64,000 bases of DNA. Source: a virus (lineage: Duplodnaviria; Heunggongvirae; Uroviricota; Caudoviricetes). Shown here in pieces: positions 56,236-64,000 of this stretch. The stretch lies in IMG/VR virus record IMGVR_UViG_2695420859_000012. One strand, given 5' to 3'. The translations under genes and the position numbers were made by a program. Numbering within the stretch: position 1 is the first letter of the stretch; each line of letters begins with the position of its first letter. The notes below the pieces were generated by a model. That model worked only from the letters and a program-made list of their open reading frames with translations, was not told the DNA's origin and ran no database searches.

Positions 56236-57156
56236 TTATTCCTGTGCGGCAGTAACTTCTACAGTTGCTGTCGCTTTGTGGCTACCATCTTGGGTAGTAA
56301 CCTCGATTGTGGCAGTACCAGCCGCAACACCAGTTACAACACCGGTTTCGCTGTCAACCGTTGCAAACTCGGTATTTTTGGATTCCCAAGTAACGGTTTT
56401 ATTTGTGGCTCCTGCCGGCTCGACATTTGCTGTCAGCTGAACAGTTTTGTTTGCCTCAACGGTTGTGCTATTTGGGTCGATTTCGACGCCGGTAACAGCC
56501 ACAACAGGCGCAGTTACTTCCACCGTTGCAGTTGCCTTTTTGCTGCCATCTTGGGAAACGATCTCAATCGTCGCAGTGCCAACTTCTACACCAGTAACGT
56601 TCCCGCTCTGGTCTACCGTTGCCTTATCTTCATTTTTGGAAGACCAGGTAACAGCCTTATTCGTCGCATTTGACGGCTGAACATTCGCTTTCAGACTGAC
56701 TGATTTCCCTTTCTCAACAGACGTTGATTCTGGCGTTACCGTTACGGATTGAACGGCTACCGGATTTACGGTGACTTCCACTGAAGCGGAAAGCTGGGTT
56801 TCCTGATCAGTTGCAGTAATTTTTACTTTGCCTGGTGCTACGCCAGTTACTAATCCAGTGCCGTTAACGGTTGCAATTTGGTCATTGGCTGACTTCCAGG
56901 TGAATGAACTGGCACTCTTACCCATACTAATACCTGCACTAAGTTGAACAGTTTTCCCAACCAAAACTGACGGTGAAGCCGGGGTTATGTTTACGGATTG
57001 GGAGAGGGGAACCGCCTGCAAACAAGCAGATAGCTGACTTTGTTGCCGCTCGGTTAAAGGTTCATCGGAGATAGAATTGGTAAATCCGGCACGGCACATA
57101 TGCCCCGTAAAATCCGAAAATGCCTCTTCCGTAATCTTCATCTTTTGTTCTGGCAT
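56236..57156 (-). CDS. Ig-like (Big_2) repeat protein, probable capsid decoration protein
   Basis: Three Big_2-like repeats (e.g. VTPESTSVEKGKSVSLKANVQPSNATNKAVTWSSKNEDKATVDQSGNVTGVEVGTATIEIV); follows capsid gene. Confidence 0.6.
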   Translation of the reverse strand: MPEQKMKITEEAFSDFTGHMCRAGFTNSISDEPLTERQQSQLSACLQAVPLSQSVNITPASPSVLVGKTVQLSAGISMGKSASSFTWKSANDQIATVNGTGLVTGVAPGKVKITATDQETQLSASVEVTVNPVAVQSVTVTPESTSVEKGKSVSLKANVQPSNATNKAVTWSSKNEDKATVDQSGNVTGVEVGTATIEIVSQDGSKKATATVEVTAPVVAVTGVEIDPNSTTVEANKTVQLTANVEPAGATNKTVTWESKNTEFATVDSETGVVTGVAAGTATIEVTTQDGSHKATATVEVTAAQE

Positions 57157-57170
57157 TTCTCGCTCCTACA

Positions 57171-57200
57171 AAAAGGGTGGGCGTATAGCCCACCCTTTAA
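57171..57200. terminator. Hairpin agggtgggc-gtata-gcccaccct downstream of capsid gene
   Basis: 9-bp GC-rich stem with T-run on minus-strand transcript (CCCACCCTTTTTG). Confidence 0.6.
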
Positions 57201-57229
57201 CATAGATAACTACTTATCTACTACACTGA

Positions 57230-58105
57230 TTAAATTTTTACATTGGTCAGTGCAGCGATAGCCTTATCGTGCTTATTCGCCAGAGAGCAGTACCACTTCA
57301 CACGGGTACGTACTGCGTCTTTGTTCTGTACAGTACCAATGTTTTCAACAACGATACCTGCGTTATCGCCGCCATACAGACCAGTAACGCCGTTCTCTTC
57401 TGACAGATGCAAGCAGTAGATGCTTGCTTTGCCAGAATCAGTCGGGATGAAGTCGTTGATGATGAACGGAACGCCGTTATGACACAGCATCGGACGACCG
57501 AAGTTCTCCATCATGATTTCAGACGGACCTACGTTTACTGTACGCAGCAGCGCACGGTAAGCACGAAGGTGCTCTGAACGCATCATGATGCAGTCAGCAC
57601 CAAGATCTTTCACCGCATCGACCAGTTCGTCGAACATAGAGAAAGTCATAGATGCACCGGCGATATCGATCTTCTGATCTGCGTGCATCAGGCGTGGAAT
57701 GCCGTCAAACGCTTTGTTGTTGGTGCTGGAGTCACCCAAAATCAGATTGCGACGGAACGCACGAGCCAGACCTTTAACTTTCTGACGAACCTGAATAGCC
57801 AACTGGTTATTGGTGTCGGCCATAGTGGTTGCCAGGAATTTATCAACGTCTACGTCACCAGCCAGAATACGCAGTTTCGCAACGCATTCTTCGAAGGTTG
57901 CTGCACCTTCCGGGATGGTGTCGTTAACGTCGATGAAGGTAGCCTCACTCAGCGTTTTTTCACGGTTGTACAGATATGCCTTTGAAGTAATTTTCATAAA
58001 AGGCAGGATGGCAAACAGGTCATCGCGATCGATGATGGTTTCAATCACGCCCTGTTCAAGTTCGTTGTTAGACAGCTTTTCAGCTTCTTCACGCAGTAAT
58101 GGCAT
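57230..58105 (-). CDS. Putative major capsid protein
   Basis: 291 aa; position after scaffold, strong RBS AAAGGGAA, terminator downstream. Confidence 0.55.
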   Translation of the reverse strand: MPLLREEAEKLSNNELEQGVIETIIDRDDLFAILPFMKITSKAYLYNREKTLSEATFIDVNDTIPEGAATFEECVAKLRILAGDVDVDKFLATTMADTNNQLAIQVRQKVKGLARAFRRNLILGDSSTNNKAFDGIPRLMHADQKIDIAGASMTFSMFDELVDAVKDLGADCIMMRSEHLRAYRALLRTVNVGPSEIMMENFGRPMLCHNGVPFIINDFIPTDSGKASIYCLHLSEENGVTGLYGGDNAGIVVENIGTVQNKDAVRTRVKWYCSLANKHDKAIAALTNVKI

Positions 58106-58130
58106 CTATCAATTCCCTTTGATTTAGATG

Positions 58131-59018
58131 TTACTTAAGTCCAATTTTCCCCAGACCGGAGGCCAACTTATCCATAGTCGACTTGTTCTTCGGTTGGGAT
58201 ATTGTGTAGGTCGATTTGGAATGTGAGCCTACACCCTGCTTGGCTTCGCTACGCATCAATGCGTCAGCTTCCGGATCTGCCCGCACAATGCGTTCAATCG
58301 CGGATTCAAACGGCAACGGCTTACCTTCACCGTCAACCAGAACAGCTCGTTCTTTATGACCTGCCGGTTTGTCATAACCCACTACGCTACCGTCTTCACC
58401 CACTTCAAAATGAGAACCGTAGATCACGCGGGCTTTTGCCGGAGTCATCAGAACTTTGTCACGTAGGAAGAGAGAGTTACTGAAGGAAGCGCCCACGGTC
58501 ATCTCGACTAATTGAGATTTCAGTGATGCGTTTTCACTTTCCAGTGCTGCATAACGTTCGTCACGCTGTGCCAGCTCTGCCTGGTGTGCTTCGATCATCT
58601 GTTTTTTAACAGCATCGAACTCACCACGACGCTCCAGTTCAGCTTGCTCCGCCTCACGACGTGCGTTTTCTGCGGCCTGTTCAGCTTCTAAAAGCTGGCG
58701 AGCACGCGCCGGGTCGATTTCACCGTACTGAGCAAGCTGATCGGCCAATGTGCGCTCTTTCTCTTTGCGCTTCATGTTCTCTTTCAGCAGTTCAGCACCA
58801 GCTTTCTTGGTTTTGCGAAGTTCGGCCAGTAACTCTTCATGAGTCATGCCAGCGTATTCGTCATCACCCTTCGGCTGCTCTTTTTGTTCACCCTGCTTGT
58901 CAGGATCTTGTGTACTCTGCTCATTATCAGCAGCTACACCGCCAGCGCCCCCACGCTCATGCGCTTCAGCAACATCCATCAGACCACGACGGGCCAAAAG
59001 CATTTGCCACAGTTTCAT
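58131..59018 (-). CDS. Head scaffolding protein
   Basis: 295 aa, charged coiled-coil (AEQAAENARREAEQAELERR...). Confidence 0.6.
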   Translation of the reverse strand: MKLWQMLLARRGLMDVAEAHERGGAGGVAADNEQSTQDPDKQGEQKEQPKGDDEYAGMTHEELLAELRKTKKAGAELLKENMKRKEKERTLADQLAQYGEIDPARARQLLEAEQAAENARREAEQAELERRGEFDAVKKQMIEAHQAELAQRDERYAALESENASLKSQLVEMTVGASFSNSLFLRDKVLMTPAKARVIYGSHFEVGEDGSVVGYDKPAGHKERAVLVDGEGKPLPFESAIERIVRADPEADALMRSEAKQGVGSHSKSTYTISQPKNKSTMDKLASGLGKIGLK

Positions 59019-59039
59019 AAAAATTCCCTTTGTTACTTA

Positions 59040-60614
59040 TCACTCGTTCTCTTGAGTAGATGAGTCCCCATTCCCTCGGGGTTGATCTTGCCCGCTTTCT
59101 TGGGCTGCACCACGATCATAAGTAAGTACTGACTTATTTTCAAGGGTATTTAGATCATTTTTTGGCGGAAAATTCAAGAGATCTTTATCAAATTCCTTTT
59201 TCATCGCCTCAGTAATGTTCGGGAAAATCTTCTCAATAAGCATTTCCATCTGGTGACGACGTACAGAGTCCGGTGCCTGAAGTAATGACAGTTTCTCGGC
59301 AACAGAAAATTCATCTGTAAGGCCACGAATATCGAAACTTTCTGGATACGCAATTAAAGAGTGGTCTTCGTCCAGATCTACCCCCATCCATTTCGCAACC
59401 AGTAGCATGATTTGGCGTTCAGCCCTTTCCAGACGCTCTGCTTTTGTGACAAGCAAGCTATTTACACGCTGGAAGTCATACATTTTTGCGGCACCAGATG
59501 AGTTATCAATTCCCTGTGCGTTGTCCTGCTTCGTTCGCTCACCAGCGACACCAACTGAATGGTAGATTTCGTTAATCACCGTCTTAATCGTAGTGATGAT
59601 CATCTGAGCTTGTTTCGGGTCTGGTGACAAATAAAACGGCTGGTTTCCACCTTCAGAATCGTAGGTGAAGACTCGCTTTGTGCCCATTTCAAGCACTTTA
59701 GTGTGGTTTTCATCACCAGGTAAAAGCGACTGTACCGGTATAGCCAACTGGCTAAATGTCTGATCCTGAATAATGGCATCAAGGTTTGACAGATAGTTTG
59801 CAACCGCACGATCAAGATAAGCGATATCATCGATCAACGATGGGCTGAAATACGGTGATTCACTTTCTCCAATACAATCAACAGGAAACACAGGAACTAC
59901 GCTGAGATTATGCTCACCGCTATCCTCTAAAATAACTTTTGCCTGACGGCGACCTGCTCCACCAGCGCCCTTCTTCACTTCCTCACGGAACAGATACCAC
60001 TCGTTTTGTGTCCACAGACGATAACGTTGGTATTCCTGACCTGTAGAAGTAAAAGGATCTGCATCATCACGAGCGACTTCCACAATTAACGCCCACAACA
60101 TATTCCCGTCGTCGTCCCATGCCACATCCAGCATTTGCTGAGGTGAAATCCAGTAGGCGTAGGCGCGAGCATCTTTCTTTTTCTCGTCAGCTACTGACTC
60201 AACATCACCACTCATCGTGCTATCGACAACAACCCATATGCGACCGTAAATAGACGACTGCAAATCAATAGCGGCCATAAATGAGTCAATAGAGGCATTC
60301 TGGCGAGTCGCACGTTTCCAGAAATTGCGGATCTGCTCTGGTGCCTCTTCGATATTTCTATGAATGTCTTCTTTAAAGAGATATTTGTTGATGAGGTTTA
60401 CCACCTCACGAGTGTGGTTGAAGCGATAAGCACGCTCAACTCGCTCCTTAAACTCCTGATCTCCCTCTTTAAAGTAACGAAAGATATTGTCTGTAAACCA
60501 ACCACGCCCGCCAGCGTAAGTGCTGGCGAGGAAGTCCCAATGTTCTTTTTTCTTTTCGTATTCCGGGTGGCGTCGCGCCACCAGATCCTTAATTTGTTTG
60601 TCGTTCAATTCCAT
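59040..60614 (-). CDS. Portal protein
   Basis: 524 aa directly downstream of large terminase. Confidence 0.7.
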   Translation of the reverse strand: MELNDKQIKDLVARRHPEYEKKKEHWDFLASTYAGGRGWFTDNIFRYFKEGDQEFKERVERAYRFNHTREVVNLINKYLFKEDIHRNIEEAPEQIRNFWKRATRQNASIDSFMAAIDLQSSIYGRIWVVVDSTMSGDVESVADEKKKDARAYAYWISPQQMLDVAWDDDGNMLWALIVEVARDDADPFTSTGQEYQRYRLWTQNEWYLFREEVKKGAGGAGRRQAKVILEDSGEHNLSVVPVFPVDCIGESESPYFSPSLIDDIAYLDRAVANYLSNLDAIIQDQTFSQLAIPVQSLLPGDENHTKVLEMGTKRVFTYDSEGGNQPFYLSPDPKQAQMIITTIKTVINEIYHSVGVAGERTKQDNAQGIDNSSGAAKMYDFQRVNSLLVTKAERLERAERQIMLLVAKWMGVDLDEDHSLIAYPESFDIRGLTDEFSVAEKLSLLQAPDSVRRHQMEMLIEKIFPNITEAMKKEFDKDLLNFPPKNDLNTLENKSVLTYDRGAAQESGQDQPRGNGDSSTQENE

Positions 60615-60640
60615 TTGAATAACCTTAGATAATTACCTAC

Positions 60641-61897
60641 CTATCGAGAACCACCAAGAATAACACGGTTTTTGACTGGATACCTACGATGTACTGGATA
60701 GCCCAATGCGTCTGCACTATGCTCAATGCCACCTGTCTTATCCATATCTCGTGTTCCAGGCTTGTAGATGACTTTTTCCAGTGAATCAATCAAATGCTTG
60801 CACTTCGGATCGATATACAACCGGATATCTCCAGATGCGGTCATCAGCATTCGGTTAACAGCATTAACACGATCCGCAATTGGCGGGTGCTTTTTCGAAT
60901 AATCGACACGTAAGAATCCCTTCTCTTTGAATATGTCGACGTCAGACTCCCCGCGAGCATGTTGGCGATAAGCACCTGCCGGATCTGGAAATACCGTTAT
61001 CTGTGATTTCCAGCGCCAGAAGCGTCTCTCAAGCTCATCACAAACCTCTGCCGTGTTAGAGGAAAAGAGCACCAATTCATCAATTGCCCATAGCTCACCA
61101 TTTGGCTGAGGTTGCAAAATTACTGAAGACATCGGGTCAATGTTGAAGTCCTGCCCTACCCATATAGGCAACCGAGGGTTGAACTGAAGCGGTTTTACAT
61201 GCACGTTACGATCGAACGGGTAGTAAACGCGCCCGGACATGTTCTCAAAGCTCGCCAGGTACTCCTGAGCGAACGATTTCGGGTCCATATCGTTCTTAGC
61301 AGCTTCAATTTCCGCCGTAGGCACAAACGGAGAATCGGCAGTTACAAACTGCCAGCTCTTCCACTGTCCCTTTCTTTGCAGCTCTACGTTCTGGCCTATA
61401 GTCCACAGTTTGTGAAATTCCGAGAAACCTTTTGGCGTACCAATGATAAGTGCACCGCCGCGTGTCGATGAAAGAGTAGGTCGTAACACCTTGTACCAGG
61501 TGTCAGCCTTCATATCCTGAAATTCATCAAGCACTACAAAATGCAACGCTACGCCGCGCAGAGTGTCAGGCTTATCAGCACCTTTGAGGGCGATCTCCGA
61601 ACCGTTCTTCAACACGATTGTCATCGTGGTGTCGTTCTTTTTCCTAACCCACTTACGAGGCAGAACTTCCTGTAGATCGTCCCACAAAATCTGGCGAGCC
61701 ATCTGGTAAGTAGGAGCGACATACCAGACCCTTTGCTTTTTTTCCTTTGCCGCCGCACGAATAATAGTGGAGATCGACAACCGGGATTTTCCCCAGCGTC
61801 GACCAGCACAAACAACTTTAAATCGATGCGGAGACTGGAAGACTTTCATCTGTCCAGAATGCAGTTGCACAAGACTGAGCGAGGACGGGATTGCCAT
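60641..61897 (-). CDS. Terminase large subunit
   Basis: Walker A VVCAGRRWGKS, Walker B VVLDEF; nuclease-region acidic residues. Confidence 0.8.
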   Translation of the reverse strand: MAIPSSLSLVQLHSGQMKVFQSPHRFKVVCAGRRWGKSRLSISTIIRAAAKEKKQRVWYVAPTYQMARQILWDDLQEVLPRKWVRKKNDTTMTIVLKNGSEIALKGADKPDTLRGVALHFVVLDEFQDMKADTWYKVLRPTLSSTRGGALIIGTPKGFSEFHKLWTIGQNVELQRKGQWKSWQFVTADSPFVPTAEIEAAKNDMDPKSFAQEYLASFENMSGRVYYPFDRNVHVKPLQFNPRLPIWVGQDFNIDPMSSVILQPQPNGELWAIDELVLFSSNTAEVCDELERRFWRWKSQITVFPDPAGAYRQHARGESDVDIFKEKGFLRVDYSKKHPPIADRVNAVNRMLMTASGDIRLYIDPKCKHLIDSLEKVIYKPGTRDMDKTGGIEHSADALGYPVHRRYPVKNRVILGGSR

Positions 61898-62529
61898 TAT
61901 TCGTCCTCCCCTTCACTTCCATCATCTGTCGCATCAAATTCGCTTAGAGCTTCTTCTTCCAACGTCTCAAGCAATTCGTCATCGATGATTTCAGGCTCGT
62001 CGTCTTCCTGACGTAATTTCGCCACCTGGGAAGGCGTAAGCTCACCAAATACCAGGTTCGGAATTTCTTCCTCGTCATTTTCCGCATGATCCATGCCCAA
62101 TGCTTTGGACGAAACTTCAAAGCATTTTGCAAGGGTATTACTGGCTCTCTGTAAGCTCTTGAGAGAATCCTCAATCGCCCCTAAAGGCTTACCCTCACGT
62201 TTGGCCGTAGTGACTTCGACCATCACCATCTGCCCCAACGCATACGCCCAGCCGTCATAACGTGTACGACGTTCTTCTATCTTTTCCGCACGGGCTTTAG
62301 CGCGAAGCTCTGCGTCAGATTTAAGAGACTCACGAACCATCTTCCCAACAGAGTCCGCGCCTTTCTCTAATCCTCGCTTTTTGAAATGTCTGGAGAGTGT
62401 TTCACGACGAATGCCGTACTCTTCCTCCAGCTTTGAGAGTGTATATTCGCCTGACGTCCATTTGGCTTCAGCTTCGGCCCACTCCGCTGGTGTCAGGCGA
62501 GTTTTTACCTCGTCTTTTTCGACCGTCAT
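61897..62529 (-). CDS. Terminase small subunit
   Basis: 210 aa upstream of TerL with ATGA coupling; HTH-like N-terminus; acidic C-terminus. Confidence 0.6.
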   Translation of the reverse strand: MTVEKDEVKTRLTPAEWAEAEAKWTSGEYTLSKLEEEYGIRRETLSRHFKKRGLEKGADSVGKMVRESLKSDAELRAKARAEKIEERRTRYDGWAYALGQMVMVEVTTAKREGKPLGAIEDSLKSLQRASNTLAKCFEVSSKALGMDHAENDEEEIPNLVFGELTPSQVAKLRQEDDEPEIIDDELLETLEEEALSEFDATDDGSEGEDE

Positions 62530-62646
62530 AGATCCCTCTAAAACACACAGAGCGCGTCCATGCGCTCTAAAACAACTTGTTTACTGCATTTTCTAACCAA
62601 CTTGTTTTCTGGGTTGTTTAATTAGGTCTGGGCATGTCTTATTAAG

Positions 62647-62701
62647 CCTGCTTCCGTATATATTTAATAAGTTACTTATTATTTATATATACAGAAGCAG
62701 G
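62647..62701. repeat. 55-bp palindromic element, copy 2
   Basis: Identical to 29798-29852; between terS start and the 88-aa gene. Confidence 0.9.
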
Positions 62702-62725
62702 TCTTTAAATAAGCTCCCAGACCGA

Positions 62726-62992
62726 TTACATCACCAGTAACTTCGCTTTGGCTCGACCTAAAGTGGTTAACCCAAGAGTTCGGCGGTGATAGCGATTGTC
62801 ACTGCGTTGGCGCGTATGCCCTTTCTCCACAAGCCCCTTTTTTATCAGAGCGCGAATTGAGAACTGGATACTTTGCTTGGTTGTCTTGTACGGCAAAACT
62901 TCAAGCAATTCGTCCAGATCAAGTAGATAACCTCGCTCATAACCGAGATTGAGCGTTTTGATGATGTCCTTTTGTTTATCGGTTAACGTCAT
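62726..62992 (-). CDS. Small basic protein, possible DNA-binding regulator
   Basis: 88 aa, Lys/Arg-rich C-terminus. Confidence 0.4.
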   Translation of the reverse strand: MTLTDKQKDIIKTLNLGYERGYLLDLDELLEVLPYKTTKQSIQFSIRALIKKGLVEKGHTRQRSDNRYHRRTLGLTTLGRAKAKLLVM

Positions 62993-63001
62993 GGCAAATC
63001 C

Positions 63002-63892
63002 TTATGCCGGTAAAGCAATTTCTAACGGTTTATCCAAAGGTTGTTTGTCGAATGCCAGCAGTGGCAGCGTGTCAGGCAGTCGACGACCAAAGTCAGGGTT
63101 TCGATACACCCCATACAACGGAGACGTAAAGCTCAGGTTGTGAATGTCCTTGAGCAACTTCACAATGCTGGCCTCGTCCACCAGACTGTCGGCAATGTCC
63201 TGAATCGTCGTGCCACGATTCCGCCCAGCTTTTGCCAGGGAACTGTTCTTGTGGTAGTCCGCCACCAGATCACGCAGTGCACGGCGACGACGAGACTCGC
63301 TCATTGCGAACAACTCTTTGACGATCGCCTCGTTATCACCCGGGTCGGAACGGAAATGGCGCTGGAATACACGCAGTGCACTTTCATAGCTCTTCGGTCG
63401 CTCAGGGCGGATGAACTTAAACCCTGCTTTCATGGCGAAGGGATTGTATTTGCTCATCGAGGACTGGATCTCAATGATTGGCCGGTCATGCATCCTGCTA
63501 ACCAGGTTAATCATTCGATAAGAGACGCCTACGCCACGATACTGAGTATCCACAACTGAGCGACTGATCACCGCAAAGTTGTTATTCACGTACCGACCCC
63601 AGTACTGGTTAGCCACGGTGGTATTAGTGGTTGGTTTCAACTTAGGAAACATGCGGTGGCGAGGTGCCAACAGTAGTTTCGGGTAAGCCATAACCACGAC
63701 GCCCACCAGACGGTCATCAAGTTCGCAGCGATAGTAAGTTGGCGCGAAAGGTTTGCCGTCTGTTTTGTAGTGAAGCGACTTAAGAGCGTGCCAGTCCTCT
63801 ACAGTTCCCTTTGTAACAGTCATTCGCTCCAGAAAGTCCAGATGACGCGGAAACTCTTCAGGGCGGTAGCGTTTAATGATGATGTCCGTCAT
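63002..63892 (-). CDS. Hypothetical protein (weak GNAT-like motif)
   Basis: 296 aa; YRGVGVSYRMINL resembles acetyltransferase motif A. Confidence 0.35.
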   Translation of the reverse strand: MTDIIIKRYRPEEFPRHLDFLERMTVTKGTVEDWHALKSLHYKTDGKPFAPTYYRCELDDRLVGVVVMAYPKLLLAPRHRMFPKLKPTTNTTVANQYWGRYVNNNFAVISRSVVDTQYRGVGVSYRMINLVSRMHDRPIIEIQSSMSKYNPFAMKAGFKFIRPERPKSYESALRVFQRHFRSDPGDNEAIVKELFAMSESRRRRALRDLVADYHKNSSLAKAGRNRGTTIQDIADSLVDEASIVKLLKDIHNLSFTSPLYGVYRNPDFGRRLPDTLPLLAFDKQPLDKPLEIALPA

Positions 63893-64000
63893 GAATGGAC
63901 CTCATCGTGACTACCATTGCGATATTCCACCTTCACGCGTTCTTTGTAGTGCTTGGTGATCTGCATATCCGGGCGCAGCGCGTTCTTCAGGTCTTCGTGA
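63889..64000 (-). CDS. Hypothetical protein, 3' end only (gene enters from right edge)
   Basis: Open frame ending ...HEDLKNALRPDMQITKHYKERVKVEYRNGSHDEVHS with TGA at 63889-63891. Confidence 0.4.
   Translation of the reverse strand, partial: HEDLKNALRPDMQITKHYKERVKVEYRNGSHDEVHS

Overview
This window reads as a tailed-phage genome segment with plasmid-maintenance functions, most consistent with a phage-plasmid; that lifestyle, and any resemblance to SSU5/pHCM2-type elements, is inference from memory and not verified. Almost all genes are on the minus strand. From right to left: a packaging/head/tail module (62.5-36 kb: small and large terminase, portal, scaffold, capsid, Ig-like decoration protein, lambda-like tail genes G/GT, tape measure, M, L, K, I, J, and a long tail fibre), a lysis cassette (34.8-33.3 kb), a ParA/ParG-like partition operon (31.8-30.8 kb), a replication module (29.7-26.3 kb helicase and primase; 23.1-21.7 kb ligase; 14.9-1.7 kb CobT/CobS-like pair, split DnaE-type polymerase, gp32-like SSB, 5'-3' exonuclease, RecA-like recombinase), and a partial type I R-M hsdM at the left edge. 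An accessory island at about 15-21.6 kb carries an XRE regulator, a tyrosine recombinase, plus-strand cargo genes, a glutaredoxin and four tRNA genes. The most notable observations are: a RecA homologue with an intein in its P-loop; a DnaE gene split by an HNH endonuclease cassette; a lox-like 13-7-13 site beside the recombinase with dispersed half-site copies; an AT-rich plus-strand gene with an HEPN-like Rx4H motif; an exact 55-bp palindromic repeat at two distant module boundaries; and two recurring dyad motifs upstream of many operons. All calls rest on reading the sequence and supplied ORF translations by eye; no database search or folding was run.
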